Of a DNA stretch of 64,000 nucleotides, positions 62,011-64,000 are shown piece by piece. Within the stretch, counting starts at the first letter, position 1. Each line of letters opens with the position of its first letter. The stretch spans positions 62,001 to 126,000 of the forward strand of contig JAXLQJ010000016.1 of the NCBI GenBank assembly GCA_046331705.1, written 5' to 3'. Below the pieces are notes generated by a model that was given only the letters and a program-made list of their open reading frames with translations, was not told where the DNA came from and did not search any database. This DNA comes from a bacterium. Its GTDB lineage: Bacteria; JADJOY01. The translations under genes and the position numbers were made by a program.

Positions 62011-62757
62011 GTGACGCAAACCGGCTTGCTGCTCTTCGTGACGGGGACCGACACCGGGGTCGGCAAGACGGTGCTCGCCGCCGCGCTGGCGCGCGCGTTC
62101 GGCGATCGGGGACGTCGCGTGGGCGTGCTCAAGCCGATCGAGACCGGCTGGCCGGATCGTGCGACGGATCCGGCGGCGCCGCGCCCGGACGGTGAAGCCC
62201 TGCGCGCGGCGGCGCGCGATCCCGAGCCGCTGGAAGCGATCGTTCCGGTGCGGCTGCCCGATCCGCTCGCGCCGCTGCTCGCCGCGGAGCGCGCGGGGAT
62301 CGAGATCGACGGCGACGATCTCGCGCGCAGGATCGAGGAGAAGCGCACGCGCTGCGATCTCCTGGTGGTCGAGGGCGCGGGTGGGCTGCTGGTGCCGATC
62401 GCCGCTCGATTCGGCACCCTCGACCTCGTCGTGCGCACGGGCGCGCCGGTGTTGGTGGTCGCCGCCAACCGCCTCGGGGTCATCAACCACGCCGCGCTCA
62501 CGCTCGCGTGCCTGGATGCCGCGCGGGTGCCGGTCGCGGGCCTGGCGCTGAACCGCGTCGCCGACGGAGACGATCTCGCGCGTTCGCTCAATCCGGGTTA
62601 TCTGGCGCGCTCGTTCGGCGCGCGCTACCTGGGCGAGCTCCCGTGGCAGGGCTGCGACGCGCCGGTCGAGCGCGTCGCGGCGGCGCTCGAGCGTGCCTTG
62701 GACCTCGACTCGTTGTGGGCGCGATTGGTCGAGGCCCGCGCGTCACGGCAGCGCTGA
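62011..62757 (+). CDS. bioD: Dethiobiotin synthase
   Basis: FVTGTDTGVGKT, KPIETG, VEGAGGLLVP, LGVINH. Confidence 0.95.
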   Translation: MTQTGLLLFVTGTDTGVGKTVLAAALARAFGDRGRRVGVLKPIETGWPDRATDPAAPRPDGEALRAAARDPEPLEAIVPVRLPDPLAPLLAAERAGIEIDGDDLARRIEEKRTRCDLLVVEGAGGLLVPIAARFGTLDLVVRTGAPVLVVAANRLGVINHAALTLACLDAARVPVAGLALNRVADGDDLARSLNPGYLARSFGARYLGELPWQGCDAPVERVAAALERALDLDSLWARLVEARASRQR

Positions 62758-62817
62758 GTACGTGTTTTCCGGGGGTTTTCGCGGTTCGCATGCTTTGATC
62801 TCGGACATCGATCACCT

Positions 62818-63234
62818 ATGATGATCGGTGAGGGTTTCTCGATGGATGCGGCCACCATGAACGAGGCGGAGCTCTCCTTCTTCCGAGATCTGCTCAGCGG
62901 GCAGCTCAACGGCTTGATCGAGGAAGCCGAGCGCACCGTCGAGGGCATGAACGGCGAGCGCACCGAGTTCCCCGATCCCACCGATCGCGCGTCGCTCGAA
63001 TCCGATCGCAACTTCGATCTGCGGATCCGCGACCGCGAACGCAAGCTCATCAAGAAGATCCGCGAGGCGCTGGACCGGATCCAGGACGGTTCGTTCGGCG
63101 TCTGCGAGGAGTGCGGCGGAGGCATCGGGCTCGAGCGCTTGCGCGCGCGCCCCGTCACGACGCTCTGCATCGCGTGCAAGGCCGAGCAGGAAGCCGAGGA
63201 GCGCGCCGCCGAGCGAGCGCAGCGCGGTCGATGA
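62818..63234 (+). CDS. dksA: RNA polymerase-binding protein DksA
   Basis: DPTDRA coiled-coil tip, RDRERKLIKKI, CEEC...RL.ARP..TLCIAC zinc finger. Start may be 62842. Confidence 0.93.
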   Translation: MMIGEGFSMDAATMNEAELSFFRDLLSGQLNGLIEEAERTVEGMNGERTEFPDPTDRASLESDRNFDLRIRDRERKLIKKIREALDRIQDGSFGVCEECGGGIGLERLRARPVTTLCIACKAEQEAEERAAERAQRGR

Positions 63235-64000
63235 CGTCGGGCGCGGCCGAGGGCGCGCGAGGCGCCGCTGCCCGGATCTTGATCGAGCTGGCGCGTGTCG
63301 GCGCGACTCGGGCGGATGCCGCGGAGCGGCTCGCCGGCGCGATCGGCTCGCACGTCGATCGGGCCGTGGTGGACGCGTGCGTGGCCACGTTCGCGGGCGA
63401 AGGCGTCGACGTCGCGTGGGCGTTGCTCGACGACGAGCTCTTCGCGGCGGTGATCGAGGCGGCTCAGGCGCTCGACCGAGGCGACGTCGTCGCGGCGGCG
63501 CTGGCGCACGAGCCGTCGTCGAAGGCGCGCGCCAAGTCGGCGAAGAAGGCGGCGCATCGGTTGCGCTCCCGGGGGGTCGACGTTCCGCTCCACGAGGCGC
63601 CGGCGGCCCACGCAACGGTGGTCGTCGAGACCGCGGACGAAGCGGATGCGGAGCGGCGTGCGCTGATCACCGCGCCCGACGGGGCGGGTGGACGTCTGAT
63701 CGTGATCGCCGCTGACCGAGCCGACGGGGTGCTCTTCGTGGAGGCGATCTTCCGCGACGAGGTGCTGGTGCGGCTCGCGGGAAACGTGCTGCCGCGCAAG
63801 AAGGTGCGGCCGATGCTGCGCCAGCTCTTCTCGACCTGGGGTGACGCGCTCGCGTCGGTCGACGTGAGCGTCGGCGCCGCGGAGATCCTCGCGGCGGACG
63901 CGCAGGGCCACCTCGACGCGCCGAGCCTGCGCGATTGGCTGTCCGAGCTGCGTCCGTTGCTCAGGCCGCTGGCGCGCGATGCGCGTCCCCTGGCCGAGCC
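63231..64000 (+). CDS. Conserved hypothetical protein, truncated by the window end
   Basis: Open frame from ATG 63231 (overlapping the dksA stop) to the window end: MTSGAAEG...AKSAKKAAHRLRSRGVDVP...PDGAGGRLIV. Confidence 0.7.
   Translation, partial: MTSGAAEGARGAAARILIELARVGATRADAAERLAGAIGSHVDRAVVDACVATFAGEGVDVAWALLDDELFAAVIEAAQALDRGDVVAAALAHEPSSKARAKSAKKAAHRLRSRGVDVPLHEAPAAHATVVVETADEADAERRALITAPDGAGGRLIVIAADRADGVLFVEAIFRDEVLVRLAGNVLPRKKVRPMLRQLFSTWGDALASVDVSVGAAEILAADAQGHLDAPSLRDWLSELRPLLRPLARDARPLAE

Overview
This is a very GC-rich (roughly 70% by eye), gene-dense bacterial chromosomal segment. A Gram-negative Myxococcota/deltaproteobacterium-like host is inferred from the OM barrels, lipoproteins and a MYXO-CTERM-like tail. 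I found no rRNA, tRNA, CRISPR array, transposase or prophage. From left to right: an SDR, a CxxCH lipoprotein, an M36 peptidase, an amino-sugar/GT-C glycosylation module, a GNAT, ppk2, eno, an RNase Z-like hydrolase, an HWE kinase, ilvBN and rimI. Next comes a ~23 kb phosphorus-scavenging region: phoA, a 2-aminoethylphosphonate ABC transporter with phnW-phnX-phnZ, three phosphoesterases, and pstSCA convergent with phoB-phoR-porin-pstB-phoU, with several 11-bp-periodic Pho-box-like repeats. The right part holds an FGE-family protein, an atypical NADK2-like NAD kinase coupled to a DUF748/AsmA-like protein, acnA, two tandem FadL/PorV-like barrels, a DegT-family aminotransferase, a LamG protein, livKHMGF, an SCP-x thiolase, bioD and dksA. 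The most unusual signals are: (1) a 19-aa peptide, [IL]FxD[DE]FxxGNTxRWSAxxP, shared by two unrelated secreted proteins, N-terminal in one and C-terminal in the other; (2) the NADK2-like GGDN kinase operon; (3) a structured, GGA-rich, CsrA-site-like leader at ~28.9-29.05 kb. All family assignments come from motifs read by eye; no database searches were run.
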